A DNA stretch of 64,000 bases. Source: Takakia lepidozioides. Lineage: Eukaryota > Plantae > Bryophyta. Positions 35,587 through 48,535 of the stretch are shown here, one piece after another. The position numbers and the translations under genes were made by a program. The notes under the pieces were generated by a model. The model worked only from the letters and a program-made list of their open reading frames with translations, did not search any database and was not told the DNA's origin. The number at the start of each line of letters is the position of its first letter. Position 1 is the stretch's first letter. The stretch covers positions 14,508,001 to 14,572,000 of the forward strand of contig CM060733.1 in assembly GCA_030704615.1 (NCBI GenBank), read 5' to 3'.

Positions 35587-38088
35587 CTTCTCTACCAAAG
35601 CCCACTCTACAACAATTTCTAAAGCATCTAGACGTTGATGGAAAGTTGATTTCAACCTCTTCAATTTCAGCCCTATGGTCTGAGTAACGAACTCCACTAT
35701 GCGAGGCATCACATCATGGAGGTTAGTGACACCCATGACGTACTTGGCAATTGTTTTCTTTGCTGTGAAAGACAGCTGCTTCATTAGCTTGTGATGTTCT
35801 TCTGTCACAACCCGTCTTACTGGTGGTGGTGGTGGTGGTGGTACATTCTCCTCATCACCGTCAAATCTTCTCTTTTTGGGAATCCTAACACTCTTTCGAG
35901 AGCTGTCATGTTCCTGGAACCCGACTTGGAGGCCTTAACTCCTTTGCTGCTATCATCAAGGGCATCATTTCTCATAAGCTTATACAGTGTGTTTATTACC
36001 TTGGTGACGGTGGTTGAGGCGCTAAGTGGAGGAGGGAGGGAGGGTGCCGCATCCAAACATGGCTGTCCAGCAGCTATGAGACTCTTACCTCATCTACCTC
36101 CAGTGTTGGTGCCCTGTCCCACAAGTCATAGAATGCCAGAAATTGGACCACAATGAAAAGCCAAGAGATATTCACATACGGTACAACCAGACATGTTACA
36201 ACCAGTGACTGAATCTCAGGCATAGCATACAAAGTTCTTTTAAGCATCACAAGTAGTCTGATAGTACCTTGGTGATGGTGGTTGAGGCGCTAAGTGGAGG
36301 AGGGAGGGAGGGTGCCGCATCCAAACACGGTTGTCCAGCAGCTATGAGACTCTTACCTCCTCTACCTCCAGTGTTGGTGCCCTGTCCCACAAGTCATAGA
36401 ATGCCATAAATTGGACCACAATGAAAAACAAAGAGATATTCACATATGGTACAACCAGACATGTTACAATTAGAGTGCTCAGTTAATGACTGAGCCCCAG
36501 CTCTTACATGCCTGAAACCAACAATTAACAGCTCTCATGACAACAATCCTCGAAAGAAGATTCAAACTTCAACTTCATAGAAAACACTGCTCCCCTGGAT
36601 TACTATCAAAAAGCATGCTGAACATCTGCTCACACTTAAAAGCTTGTCAGCTCACAGAGATGCCCCTAGAGCCAATACTGCTACTCCTTCAGACTAATAA
36701 TATTTTTCCAAAACACACTAAAGTACTCTTTTACTAATTTTTTGTTGACAACTTTCCAATCATAGCAACCTGAATATGGGTACACTTTAGGGTCTATTAC
36801 GAACGTCTTCTCTGTATATACACACATCACATAACATTTTCCCAAGCTCTCACTTTTCAGGCATAGCAGACAGGGTTCATTTAAACATCACAAGTACTGT
36901 GTTTACTACCTTGGTGACGGTGGTTGAGGCGCTAAGTGGAGGAGGGAGGGAGGGTGCCGCATCCAAACATGGCTGTCCAGCAGCTATGAGACTCTTACCT
37001 CCTCTACCTCCAGTGTTGGTGCCCTGTCCCACAAGTCATAGAATGCCATAAATTGGACCACAATGAAAAACAAAGAGATATTCACATATGGTACAACCAG
37101 ACATGTTACAACCAGTGACTGAATCTCAGGCATAGCATACAAAGTTCTTTTAAACATCACAAGTAGTGTGTTTACTACCTTGGTGATGGTGGTACTTGAG
37201 GCGCTAAGTGGAGGAGGGAGGGAGGGCGCCACATCCAAACATGGCTATCCAGCAGCTATGAGACTCTTACCTCCTCTACCTCCAGTGTTGGTGCCTTGTC
37301 CCGCAAGTCATAGAATGCCAGAAATTGGACCACAATGAAAAACAAAGAGATTCACATATGGTACAACCAGACATGTTACAATTAGAGTGCTTAGTTAATG
37401 ACTGAATCTCAGGCATAGCATACAGGGTTCTTTTAAGCATTTTTAGTACCTTGGTGATGGTGGATGAGGCGCCAACGCTTTTACAATTGGGAATTTTGTT
37501 CTTGGAGTGTTTAAACTCCTTGAACTTTTGGAAGATGTCTTCCGTCTTCCAACGCATCTGTATTGTGGTCCCTTCATGATCAAAGATGAGAGCAGCTAGA
37601 GACATTTCTTTTTCTTGAATGTACTTTTTGACCTCTTCCTGACATTTTTCATCATGTCGCAGGTTGGTAGTGAAGAAACCCTGAAGTCTGGGGTTTTCTC
37701 GATCACTAAACCATTCCCTAATCAGTCTCATGTTATTGTTATATGTCCTCCACTGTGCAGGATAGTATTTTCTCAAGTAAGCCTTTCTATGCAACACATT
37801 GACATTCTTCATGGACTTCTTAAAAATGCGCTCATAAGTTGGAACTGGATTCTCTTGATCAAGCTCTTTGCAACTGGTGCTTTGTGGCTCAGTAACAATG
37901 CTATCATTGTTATCTTCACATAATCTCTGATTTTCAACAAATTGCGATTGCTTGGTTGATTGCTTGATGCTGCTTGCCAGATGGCTAGACTCTACAACTC
38001 TTTTCGTGCCACAATGGCAACAAAACAATGTTGCTGTCAAATGAAAAAACTCTCCACAATTCTCACAAAATGCTCCAAGCATCTCCAT
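35587..38088 (-). CDS. spliced orphan gene or pseudogene: N-terminal CxxC..CxxC Zn ribbon, four duplicated 114-117 nt exons, basic NLS/poly-Pro exon
   Basis: Predicted phase-0 exons 37450-38088, 37179-37295, 36910-37023, 36268-36381, 36000-36113 (contains TGA) and 35587-35913, all with AG/GT borders. Telo-box AAACCCTAG at ~38277-38285. Further 3' exons unresolved. Confidence 0.55.
35985..37470. repeat. four ~270 bp tandem exon+intron duplications
   Basis: accttggtga.ggtggttgaggcgctaagtggaggagggaggg...cagacatgttaca recurs at ~35998, 36266, 36908 and 37177. Confidence 0.92.
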
Positions 38089-40061
38089 GTCTCTCTTTCT
38101 ACTTCAAGCAAGCCTTAAAATGCTGCTGACTTAAGACATAATACTTTGTTTGAGCAGGTAAAAGGAAAGAGCATATAACCTGCAGCGCGGCGCCATTGTT
38201 GAACGCCATCTCCACGCACCTGCCACCTCCACGCACCCGCCATCTTCACCCCGCCATCTACATCGTCGTCTGCACACTAGGGTTTCACTGCTTAGCAGCT
38301 GCCAGGGGACTCATCAGCGCACAATCTCGTCCTTACGATCCTCCGAATCTGACGGTGAGTAATAATAGCTAACATAATAGAGAGACCACTTGCCATCCAT
38401 GTCATTCATCCAGTTCATGCCATTTTCTGTTGATTGGTGACACCTGCAATGTCTCATTTTCCTCTTCCATCATAAGGATCCATCGTTTGACAGTCTCTAC
38501 ACTCTGTGAATGCAAGTTTGTGATGATCAAAGGATTGTAACAAATGTTGAAGATGGTGCTCATGACAGTGTGGGCTGTAGCCACATTCTCTCTTTAAAGG
38601 TAGTACTGTGGCACCTCTACGCACTATCTACATAGGGACAATGTTAAGAAAAGATTTAAAAATGTGATTGCCACCCATTTTGCCATCAGTCTCTAGGATT
38701 TACAATGATTACATGGAATATTATGGCCATCAAGGTATTTAAGTGGGTGAGGTAAGAGAGGACGAAAGTGCATTTCTCTCTGTTTCTTGTAGACTTAAAA
38801 TTCATGAAAACAAGGAAAGTTCAAGTCTTTTAGTGGGCATGCATGGAACTTGGTCATTTTGTGCTGTGTAGATGCATTTGTCCATCATTTAATATTCCAT
38901 GTTGCATACGGCCAGTTGGGCAGTGAACTCCTTGCCTGGTTTCCATAAGGCAGACGAAGGGGAAAACAAATATCTGGGAGACAGGTTGTCTTGGGAGACA
39001 GCTTGCCCCAGACAGCAATGCCCCCAGATAGTCAATTTCTTAGTTCACTTCATAACTCCATTCCAACGGAGGGGGGAGGAGGAAGACAAAGTGTATGTTA
39101 CTTCCACTGAAAGCCAATTGGCCAATGAGAGATAAAGAATTATGAGGGAGAGACTGACGAGAATTAGCCAAGTCACACGCAGGCTAAAATGATGAAGGCT
39201 GGGATTGGGAGCCAAGTAGCTGCCTCGTGCTCAGGAGGCCAGTACATGCTTACAGGGAATATTACGATCATTGGGGTATTTATGTGGTAGAGAGAGCTGA
39301 GGGAGGCAACATTTGTCTCTGTTTCATGTAGTCTGAGTATTCCCTAGTGCACACTTGTTTTCTCCATTGTAATCTCACAAACTTACTCCAGGATTCTGCC
39401 TCCGACTATCCAACAGCCACTTGTACTCTGTCATGTATGCAAGTTGCAGACTGGGAATTTTGAAGGTAAAATATACCAACCACATATGTGATTAACCTTT
39501 CTGAAAAGGTCCTTTCACACCTTCTCTATCTATCAAGACTATCAACTAGTTAGGGAAGATGGTGAACGTGTCCACCCAAAACTCTTATGTGGTCCTTTAC
39601 ACATTGGGGTTGAAATGAATTTTTTTTTGTCATAAGGTCCATAACATGATGAAAACCCACCATGTTTCGATAGAGATAAAGGATTCACACTGCAGTTGTG
39701 CTGTAAAACTTGCTCATGAGCAGATGAACCAAGCTAATTTGCACTAAAAAGCAAACAGTTCTGATTGCAGCAGTTTTTAGGTCAGGTTTTGGGGTTTTGG
39801 TCACCTAGCCCACAGGGAAAGTGATTGATAGAAAGTGTATGTGGTTTATCGTGTATGTGGTTGGCTATGGCAGGTGAGGGAGGGTGCAACAGCAATGAAG
39901 TCACTCAAGGACTGAGAAGTAGTTTAATAGGTAATATTTTGTAAGTGAAAGAATTTTGTAGATGTTGATTCTGTTGATTCTGTTGATGGGGAGTTGAGGT
40001 TCAGTTCTGATCTTATCTCTATTTTTCTGACCTGCATGGTTGACAGGTCTGATACCTCAAC

Positions 40062-43000
40062 ATGGATAATGAAGGGAAATTACAGTGTTTTTGTTCATAC
40101 AAGTGCAAATATGCTGCACTAGGATATGATTGGGTTAAAAGAAGGACCTGGTATTTTCATGAGAAGAAATCTCTGGCTGGGGAAGTCCATCACACTGTGA
40201 AGCAATTGAGACAAGATAATCCACCTATAGCAGAGGGTGAGCTTTCAACTTCTAGTGGACATACCAGAGTACAAGAGGTCACCGACAGAGGCTCACGGGT
40301 GAGACAATGTTTCTGTCATGTGTGCTGCAAGGGTGTATTTATGTGGTCAGAAGCAACAATAAGGAGGCACTTGAGGTACGACGCAATGGGAGCTCAACTG
40401 ATGTTTGTTGCACCGTTGATGGATTCACCAAATGTTGAAGTTCCTGCACAGAATGTGGACACATCTGATGTGTGTATTGTTGGAAGTACTTTGGGACATC
40501 CACCACAAGAAGCAAGATTTGAAAGTCGAGCACTTGACCCACATGCAGCTCTTATGGCGCGGATCATCAACCTACAGATTCTTCTTGATAAGTCTCAAAT
40601 GTCAATCGAGGCGCAAGGCGAAATCTTCAAGACTTTATTTGGGTCTTTGTCTGAGCAACCCCATAGGACAGAGTCAGGTTTATTGGATCACAAAGATCTT
40701 CCATTGGGGAGGTTGCTATCACTTGCGGGTCCACATTGGAGTGGGGACCTAAACGGATTTCAAGCACCCACGTCATGGAAACAACTCGAAAGTATTTACA
40801 AGGGTCTTGGTATGGTGGAGACCCAGAAATGGCGGCTTTGCACAGGTGACAAGGATGGAGGCCATTCTCCCATGGTGATGAAGCCTCATGATGAAGATCG
40901 CCTTGAGTTGAAGCTGGATTGTGTGTGTGTTCCCAAAAGACCCGTTAACCATAGACGGGATTGCCCTGATTGTTGTCAGAAGTGCCCAGTGTGTTTCAAG
41001 ATGAGAAAGGATGTCCTATCTTTCGAGTATCTGCCTGTAAGTGGTATAATAACCAATATGTGTTTGAGCCGCACCTTATGCCATGACTTTTTGGCCTTGT
41101 GGAGGAATAGAGAGGCATGGAGGGGACTGCCGAAAGATTTCTCGCCTTATACTGTGAAAGAATTTTGGGATGGTGAGAAGTTCCGGGAATATCAAGCATT
41201 CTTGGATCCTTTGTCAGATTGGGAGGTTCCTGTTATTTGCACCAATGACACCTGCAAACGCAATTTTAGAGCATTTCCTGAAGCTTTAAAATGTAAAGAA
41301 CTACTACGTGGTTGGATTGAAGAGCGTGGACTGTACTCATTTCCATGTCCAGAATGTGCAGCTCTTGTGGAGGCACCACGACAACTGCAAAAGGTTTGTT
41401 GTACTCCACATAATGTCAGGTGACCTAGAATCCGTATCTTTAGTACCTCAGATAGGCTTAGCTCCTCAAACTGGTAGGCCAGCGTACACATATGCAATTT
41501 GAGAGGTTCTTTAAGCGTTAGGTGTCAACTTAGGGGCTGGAAGAGGAAGGATCTCTTGATTGTGTGTCATGTTAATTAGACCGCATGTCTCAAGGTTGAA
41601 GTTTTAGAGACTAATCAACATGATTGCCATGTCTTGAATTTGTAGGGTGATCCTCGTAACTTTGCTCTTCTAGGCCATTGGGATGGCTTTCAAAGTGCAA
41701 GGACAAGGCAAAGAGATTGCTGGACATTGGAGATCGTTTTGTTAAATACTGGGAAGGTCTCGGAGTTGGGTCCAATCCCAATTCTTTTCATACCTGCCAG
41801 CTCAGACAAGATAATCAGAATTGTTGATACAAATGTCCTATCTGCCTTTTTGGAGCCTTTCATCCAAGAGTTATAAGAAGACTTTATCAAGGGGTTTCCT
41901 GTATCATATGCTTACCCAGGAAGCCTCATAAGTGAAGAACTATCGCGAGATATGGCTGGTGAGTCCATCATACTACGCACCATCCTGATGATGTTTACAG
42001 GGGATTACCCTGCCCAATGCAAGGTTGGGGGATTAAAGGACGGGGGACATTCTGGCTGTAGACGCCATTTTACAAACATAGAACAACAAAGAGGAGGATT
42101 GTGTACTCGAAAAGAAGCCCGCCATCCATTATCACTTCGAAGTTGTGAGAGCATGCTAGCTGCAGTGATTGAGTGGCGACAACTAGTTCAGGCGCAGGGA
42201 AAGAGATGAGGTGGAGAGAAGAGGAGGCATATCAGGTTACTCCATCTTGTGGCGGTTGTACCACCTCTAGGGGTTTGACATTTCGCTAGATCTAGTACAT
42301 GATGTGATGCACATCTTGTCTCTAAATGTATTGAAGAAGTATGTTGCCTTGCTAGTGGCAACTATGGAGAAGTCAGGTCAGATGCCAGAGCTTGAAAAAG
42401 CTTTGACAATCGTAACACGATAGAGGCCTAAAGGATTGGGGGGGCGTTGGCCACGAAAACTCAAGTCTTTGGGGTACTACAAAGCAGAGGAGTACCAAGT
42501 ATTTGTCATGTGGTGTCTGCCATACATTTTGGACCACCTAAATTTAGGAAGGTCTACCACCTTGGGGGGTTACTGATTGAGATCAGTCGATTATTCCACT
42601 CCCACTCACGACGATATGGGTGGAGCAAGGAGGCCATGGAGATTGCTCGGAAACTATTGGCTGCTTGGAGAGTGCGGGTGGAAAAGAGCCTGGGCTCTAA
42701 TTCCTCCCCTCTAGAGCATGTGGCAGGTGTGTAGTCTAACTTCTTTTCTAGCCAAGGAATTATAACAGGCAAGATCCTTGCCTGATGGATCTTGCAACCT
42801 TCTATGTTTTCTAATGTCAATAACCTGAGCACGTCTACATTGCAGCCACAAACAATAGGGATTCTTAATTTTTAGGGTGTGGAAAAAATGGGGAAAAAAA
42901 GAATCTTCTATTGAAGCAGCAATGCCTGATTTTGTACCAGGCATAGAGTATCAAAAACTGGTTATAAAGAACCTCCATGAATGACTAAGGTGTCCATTCA

Positions 43001-43300
43001 TTTTTGCAGTCTTAATGTCACAAATGTGCATTCTGCAATCTTGGTTATTAGGGCTATGTGGGGTTGCCTCAAGTACAGAGGAATTTCAGATTGAATGAAT
43101 GATGGTTGGGGTAGGATGCAGGTGCTGATGGATTTTCATAAAGTTACATACATGCTGATGTTTTGCATTATATTTCAAGGGTCTCAACTCTCTGTCACTG
43201 TAATATTTCCTCTTGATCAGAATGGTCAATATTCTGTGGATGTGCATTTCGTTGATGCAGGAAGCGGGGAGCTTCTAGATGATACAGTACTCCATAGACT
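40062..43300 (+). pseudogene. CACTA/EnSpm-superfamily DDE transposase, inactivated
   Basis: Exon 1 40062-41393 (EFWDGEKF), intron to 41645. Exon 2 GDPRNFALLGHWDGF, FLEPFIQEL, TGDYPAQ, HDVMH, YKAEEY with in-frame stops. Exon 3 stub at 43261. Confidence 0.85.
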
Positions 43301-43899
43301 GGCCCGTTAATTTGCTCTTTGGAGGTATGCCGGCCCAAGACCTCGCAATATCTGGTTCTGGTCTCCCAGCCTCTGGAATCCCAATAAATGGCAAATCGGG
43401 TGTGTCTCTACCTTACGCATTATTGGTATGTCAGTTCGTATGAGAGACTATAATTACAAATGGGGACCTCCGAGAAATGTGGGACCAAATTGCTTTGAAA
43501 AGCTACAAAGCTCTTCTCAAGCAATCAGAAATTGACAAAAGTCTCATATTTTTGCTTGCAGGTCAAGCAATGAGCACAGAGCAGCTCTGGCAAGAGCTCT
43601 GCCCATATCTTCCATAGTGGTGGGACATAAGCTGTGAGCAGGTAGGCCAATTTTACGATAACATGGATAGAGTCTCAAAGAGGGTTTGAGACTGAAACTG
43701 TCATTAGGGTATGAAAGCAAGGTACTTATGGTATTTCCCTGTCGTTTCAACCTTGACTGGAGTTTGGGTCTATGTAACCTGGTCTATTCAAGATTGGGGT
43801 AAGAGTTGTGGCTGCTTAGCTGCCCATTTATATCTTCACAGAACTGTCTAATGTTGCCAGACTTAAAATATAACTATACAGCAGGTGGTCCTAAAAAAT

Positions 43900-46800
43900 G
43901 AGAGTTGGCCTACGTCATATTGGTTTTGCGGATATGTTAGTAAAAAAAAATTGAAGGTAAAAAGGTGTCACTTCAGCAGCCACGTCGCAGACGCAGCACT
44001 TTATTTGTTTTTATACCGTCAATATCGACGGTCGCATCACTTTTTTCAAACAAATATATGCGACCACTAATATTGGTAGTCGCAAAATTTATTTTATTTA
44101 TAAATACATGCGATCGTCAATATTTGCGGTTGCATGTTATTCCTATAATTTTTTAGATGCGTGCGATCGCCAATATTGGCGGTCGCATGTTTTTTCTCTC
44201 ATTAAGAATGATTAGCGGTCGCATGCTTTTTCAAAATAAAAAAATAAAAAAATGCGTGCAACCGTCAATATTGACGTTTTTTCCTTTTAAGAAAATACTT
44301 ACGATCGTCAAAATTGGCGGTCACACGCATTATTATTATTCTTAATACGTGCGGCCACCACTGCGACCGCCAAAATTTGCCAGTAAGAGCATCTCCACGG
44401 TCAGCACGGCACGTCAAAGGCTATATGCCCTGGTTACAAGGGCGACGGTAATTTTTGCAATGACGGGTTGGTTAAAACTTCACGGTTGGGACGGTACGAG
44501 ACACGGCAGAGATAGCCCGGGGGCAGGCCCGCCGCTAGATCACAATCCAGGCGCGTTGACCGAGGACAGCATACCGCATTAACTCCCAAATAACTCACAA
44601 GTTTAATGTAGCGTGGTTGGCGGAGTCCCGGTATAATTGGAAAAAGTGTCGGACAACAGGCAGGATTAAGGCGGGGCCGGCATAAATCTGCCGGACTGAG
44701 CCAACCATGGAGCACTTTTTTGGACCCCGCGCCGGTAGATTGCCGTTTTGGGGCAAGTACCGTGGCACCGTGGAGATGCTCTAACATGGTCGGATTTACC
44801 TAAGGTACGAAGCACTATTTTGTCGTTCGGTCATTTTTTAGATTACATAGTCTAGATGTAAAAATCTTAGAAAATAAAAGGATCCGTATATAGCTATTAA
44901 AAAAAATTAACTATATGCGACCTCCAAATATTGGTGGTCGTTTGAACATTCAGTATTTTTGATAAGCTAAGGTAGTTTTGATTTTTTTGTATTTTTAAGA
45001 AATCGACGCGACCACCAAATCTTGTAGTTGTATGTAATTTATTAGTTTTAATAGATATAACAGCCAATTATGGCGGTGTCATGTATTTCTTTATATATTT
45101 TTAATATGTACGACCGCCCTAATTGGTCGTCGTATGTATTTTTCAGTTTTTAAATAGGTGCAACAACCAATTATGGGGGTCGTGTGTATTTTTTATATTC
45201 TTAATATGTGCGATCTTCATAATTGGCGGTCGTGCCCAATTTCAAGGATATATATATATGGGTGCGACTGCCATAATTGGTGATCGCACCTATTTTCAGC
45301 AAAAGTTTTTTAAAAACATTTGTTCAAAAATTGGTGTGACCGTCATAATCGACGGTCACATGTAGTTTTTTGTTTATTTGATATGTGCGATCGCCAGAAT
45401 TGGCCGACCCAAATTATTTTAAAACATTACCAAAAATAAGAACCACTAAGCCATTCTTGGCTGACGATCCGTTGACGGCCCTGATTGTTTTTTTTTTGTA
45501 ACTAAAAATAGATCGGAACTGCCATTGTGACAATCCTGAATTATTTCTAAGAAAATTTAAAACTTGTTTCTCTCAAACAAGCTCCTAAGAAACTACTTAA
45601 CAAAGAACTAACAAGAAAAAAACTAGAAGTGAAGCTCACCTTCTAAGCCCTATATACTAGAAATATTATTAAAAAAGATTGGATGGTATATCCCAAATCC
45701 TTGGATGAAGAACACTTCTTGGTTGGTAGGTGTCATATTTCATCCAACCAGCTGTCCTAGGGCGCTTTTAAATTTTTTAGGCCCAAAAATCCACTCCATT
45801 TGAATTTTTATGGCCACGAGCGCTCGAAAACTCCAAAAATAGTGATTTGTTGCAAATCTCCTTCAAAATTCTTGAAACTTGGCCATAAATTTCCTTGGTG
45901 TATCCTTGTAATCCCTACCAAACTTCAGCTCCATCAACCATGGAAAATCACCAAGCCACAAATTCACGTGAAAACAAAGTTGTCTACGCGTAGCATATTT
46001 TTTGGTAGTGGACAAATCCATGTTTGGGGCTAAAACTCCTCCACATCATCTTTTACCACTATTAGACATACACAAAAAATTCCTCCCCAACAGCGCTCGA
46101 TTCCAGCTTCGTCCTGTTTGTTGGAGGTACTTCGCATAGCAAAATCCCAGCCGGCAAGTAGCGCAGGGAAACACCTTTTTGGATTTTTAATAAGAGACCA
46201 AGACTCCTTGGAAGCTCCTTGAATTGAATTCACACACAAAAACTTAAATGTCCTCCTGGGAAAAAAAGATACATTGCAGGCAGTTTATATCTTGCAATAT
46301 TGCAGCATCTCTTTGGCTTTGATGAACTAACATACACAGGGACCCATTGTGAATCTCTGTCAATAGCGTGTTTGAGCGTGAAACACAAAACAATCTGCGC
46401 GATAATTTATGCACCTACAGACCGCCAATGCTAGCGGTCCTGATATCATCCATAAGAACAAATTAAAAAACAGTAAAGACAATCGACTCCGCCAAACTAG
46501 CGGTCCCAATTTCATCATTTTTTCTCTTAAATCAGGAGCGCCAAAGCAAGCACTCCCGATTCAATTTTAAGTGTTCGATTACGTAGAGGTGACGAGGGAA
46601 AGGGGCTGATGTGGCTGCTATAAATCGAGCGTGGCTCCCGCGCTATGCATTCTAGTGCCCCATAGTAAGGTGGTTGTGGCTCGATATTAAGTAGCAAGTG
46701 AAAACCGAGCGAAGAAAACTGTAACCAGTTGATACATTGGTGGTCTTTATCGCGGTAAGTGTGCTTCCCACACTAGTTAATTATGTTCATTGACCCTTCA

Positions 46801-47228
46801 AATTATTTATTTAGTACTCTTCCGTTGGCGGTCCCGATTTTGAATTAAAATTTTAGAAAAAAAAAATTTGGTGGTTTGGCAGTCCCGATTTTAGGCATTA
46901 TTATTATTATTAATAGGACCACTACCTCTGGCGGTCCCGATTTCATCTCAAAAGTTTAAAAATAAAGATCCAAAAAATCCAAAAAAAACTAAAAAATTAA
47001 AAAAATCTATTTTTTAAAAAAAAATGTTAGCTATGATGGTCTCGATGTTCTCAAAAATAAATATAGAAATAAAAATCGGGACCACCAACTATGGCGGAGC
47101 TGGTGGTCCCGATTGTATAAAGTTTTATATTTTTTTCTTCTAAATATTTAGTAAATCAGGACCGCCAACAGCTAGCGGATCTTATCTTATAGATAATTAT
47201 TTTTTGAAAAAAATCGCGACCGCCAGTA
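43900..47228. mobile_element. degenerate DNA-TE arm(s) rich in GGCGGTC(G/C)C palindromic subterminal repeats; resumes at 53030-53250
   Basis: cactt.agcagccacgtcgc at ~43969 is shared with ~60514; many gcgaccgcc/ggcggtcgc and ggcggtcccgat motifs with AT-rich spacers. Confidence 0.65.
44387..44781. mobile_element. Tourist-like (PIF/Harbinger) MITE, 395 bp
   Basis: 15-bp TIR gagcatctccacggt / accgtggagatgctc; TAA target duplication at 44384-44386 and 44782-44784. Confidence 0.92.
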
Positions 47229-48535
47229 AGATACCGTGTGTGCGTGCTGCCTGCTGGGAATGCTTTATGCTTTATACTCCAATAGGTTATGGGTCCTAGC
47301 ACGTCTTCCTTACTGCGCCTCAGCTTATTCTATCTTTATTTGCTTCAAGCGTGTAAACTGCAGAGGTCGTTTCTGCTGTTAAGTATATTCTTTGTTCAAA
47401 AGTTGTCTTGCTGTCGTATCTCCAGAGACTCTCTTTGATGTCCTAACTGCAGACGGTCGTTTCTGCTCTTAGATCCTACGTCATGGGTGACAATGCTAGG
47501 GATCTGGGAAACATAGAAAGATATAACGATGAGAACTTTTATATGTGGAAGTTCCAAATGCGTGCGGTATTTTACGGGAAAGATTTGATGAGCATAGTCG
47601 ATGGCTCTGAGTCAAATCCACCCGCCATTGCTGAAGCTGCTCAACGAGCAGACTGGAAGAAACGTGACAAGCAGACTATTAACCTGTTATGTTCCTCTTT
47701 AGATAAGGCATATCTAAAGAATATCATGTCTTACAATACTTCCAAGGCAATCTGGGATCAGTTGACGCTCATGCATGAGCAAAACTTGTCTGAGAACATT
47801 CACTCCCTACAGCAGAGTTTCTTTAAGTGTGAGCTTCAAGACAATGAGGGTATTGTTGGTTTTATTGGTCAGCTAGAGGTCTTTACTACTAAGTTAGCAG
47901 CTCATGGTAACACTACTTTTAATGACGATGCGGTCATAGCTAAGATTCTAGCTGCTAAGTTGCCTTCTGGCTATAATCCAGGGATGTACCTCAGATCTTT
48001 CCCCTCGTGGCTGATCTTCTTCCTGTCAAGATGATTCCCCTATGTCTATTTGGCCTGGGAAGTCACTCCCGTAGCAGAAAGAACCCTTGACACCCTCACA
48101 ATGAGATTGTTGACAGTTGAATTTAGACTCAAGTAACGAAACACCGTGAAAATCTTCTCCACAGCTGCATACTTAGCTAGCGGCAGCTTCATCCAGTTCT
48201 GGTAGTAACCGAGACTCCTCTTCTACATTGGATGGGGCATTCAAGTATATCAAAGAGGAGAGAGCCCGACGTCGTAAAGAAATTAACGACAAGAAGAAGA
48301 ACACTAAGTGTTGGAAGTGCGGCAAGACTGGCCATTGGGGCAAGGAGTGTCAGACTGATCCAGCGGAGCAAGAAGCCTACCAAGCAGCTCAGAGGGAGCT
48401 CAAGACTGCTTCAGAACTACCCAAGGCGTCCAAGAATCAGTTCGGAGCATACAGAGCGTTCATGGCCAGTTCTTCCGAGACTTCCACAGCACACTCTTAC
48501 TGGTATGTCGATAGTGGCAGTACTGATCACATGTC
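47229..48535 (+). mobile_element. Ty1/Copia 5' part: LTR tail, PBS, gag, Zn knuckle, protease start
   Basis: ...CAATA then ggttatgggtcctag (47285); gag NFYMWKFQMRAV; CWKCGKTGHWGKEC; WYVDSGSTDHM. Confidence 0.88.

Noticed and set aside
38270-38325. CUGAUGAG...GAAAC hammerhead-like motif on the minus strand
   Set aside because: Stems II and III cannot form; GAAACCCTAG is better explained as a telo-box.
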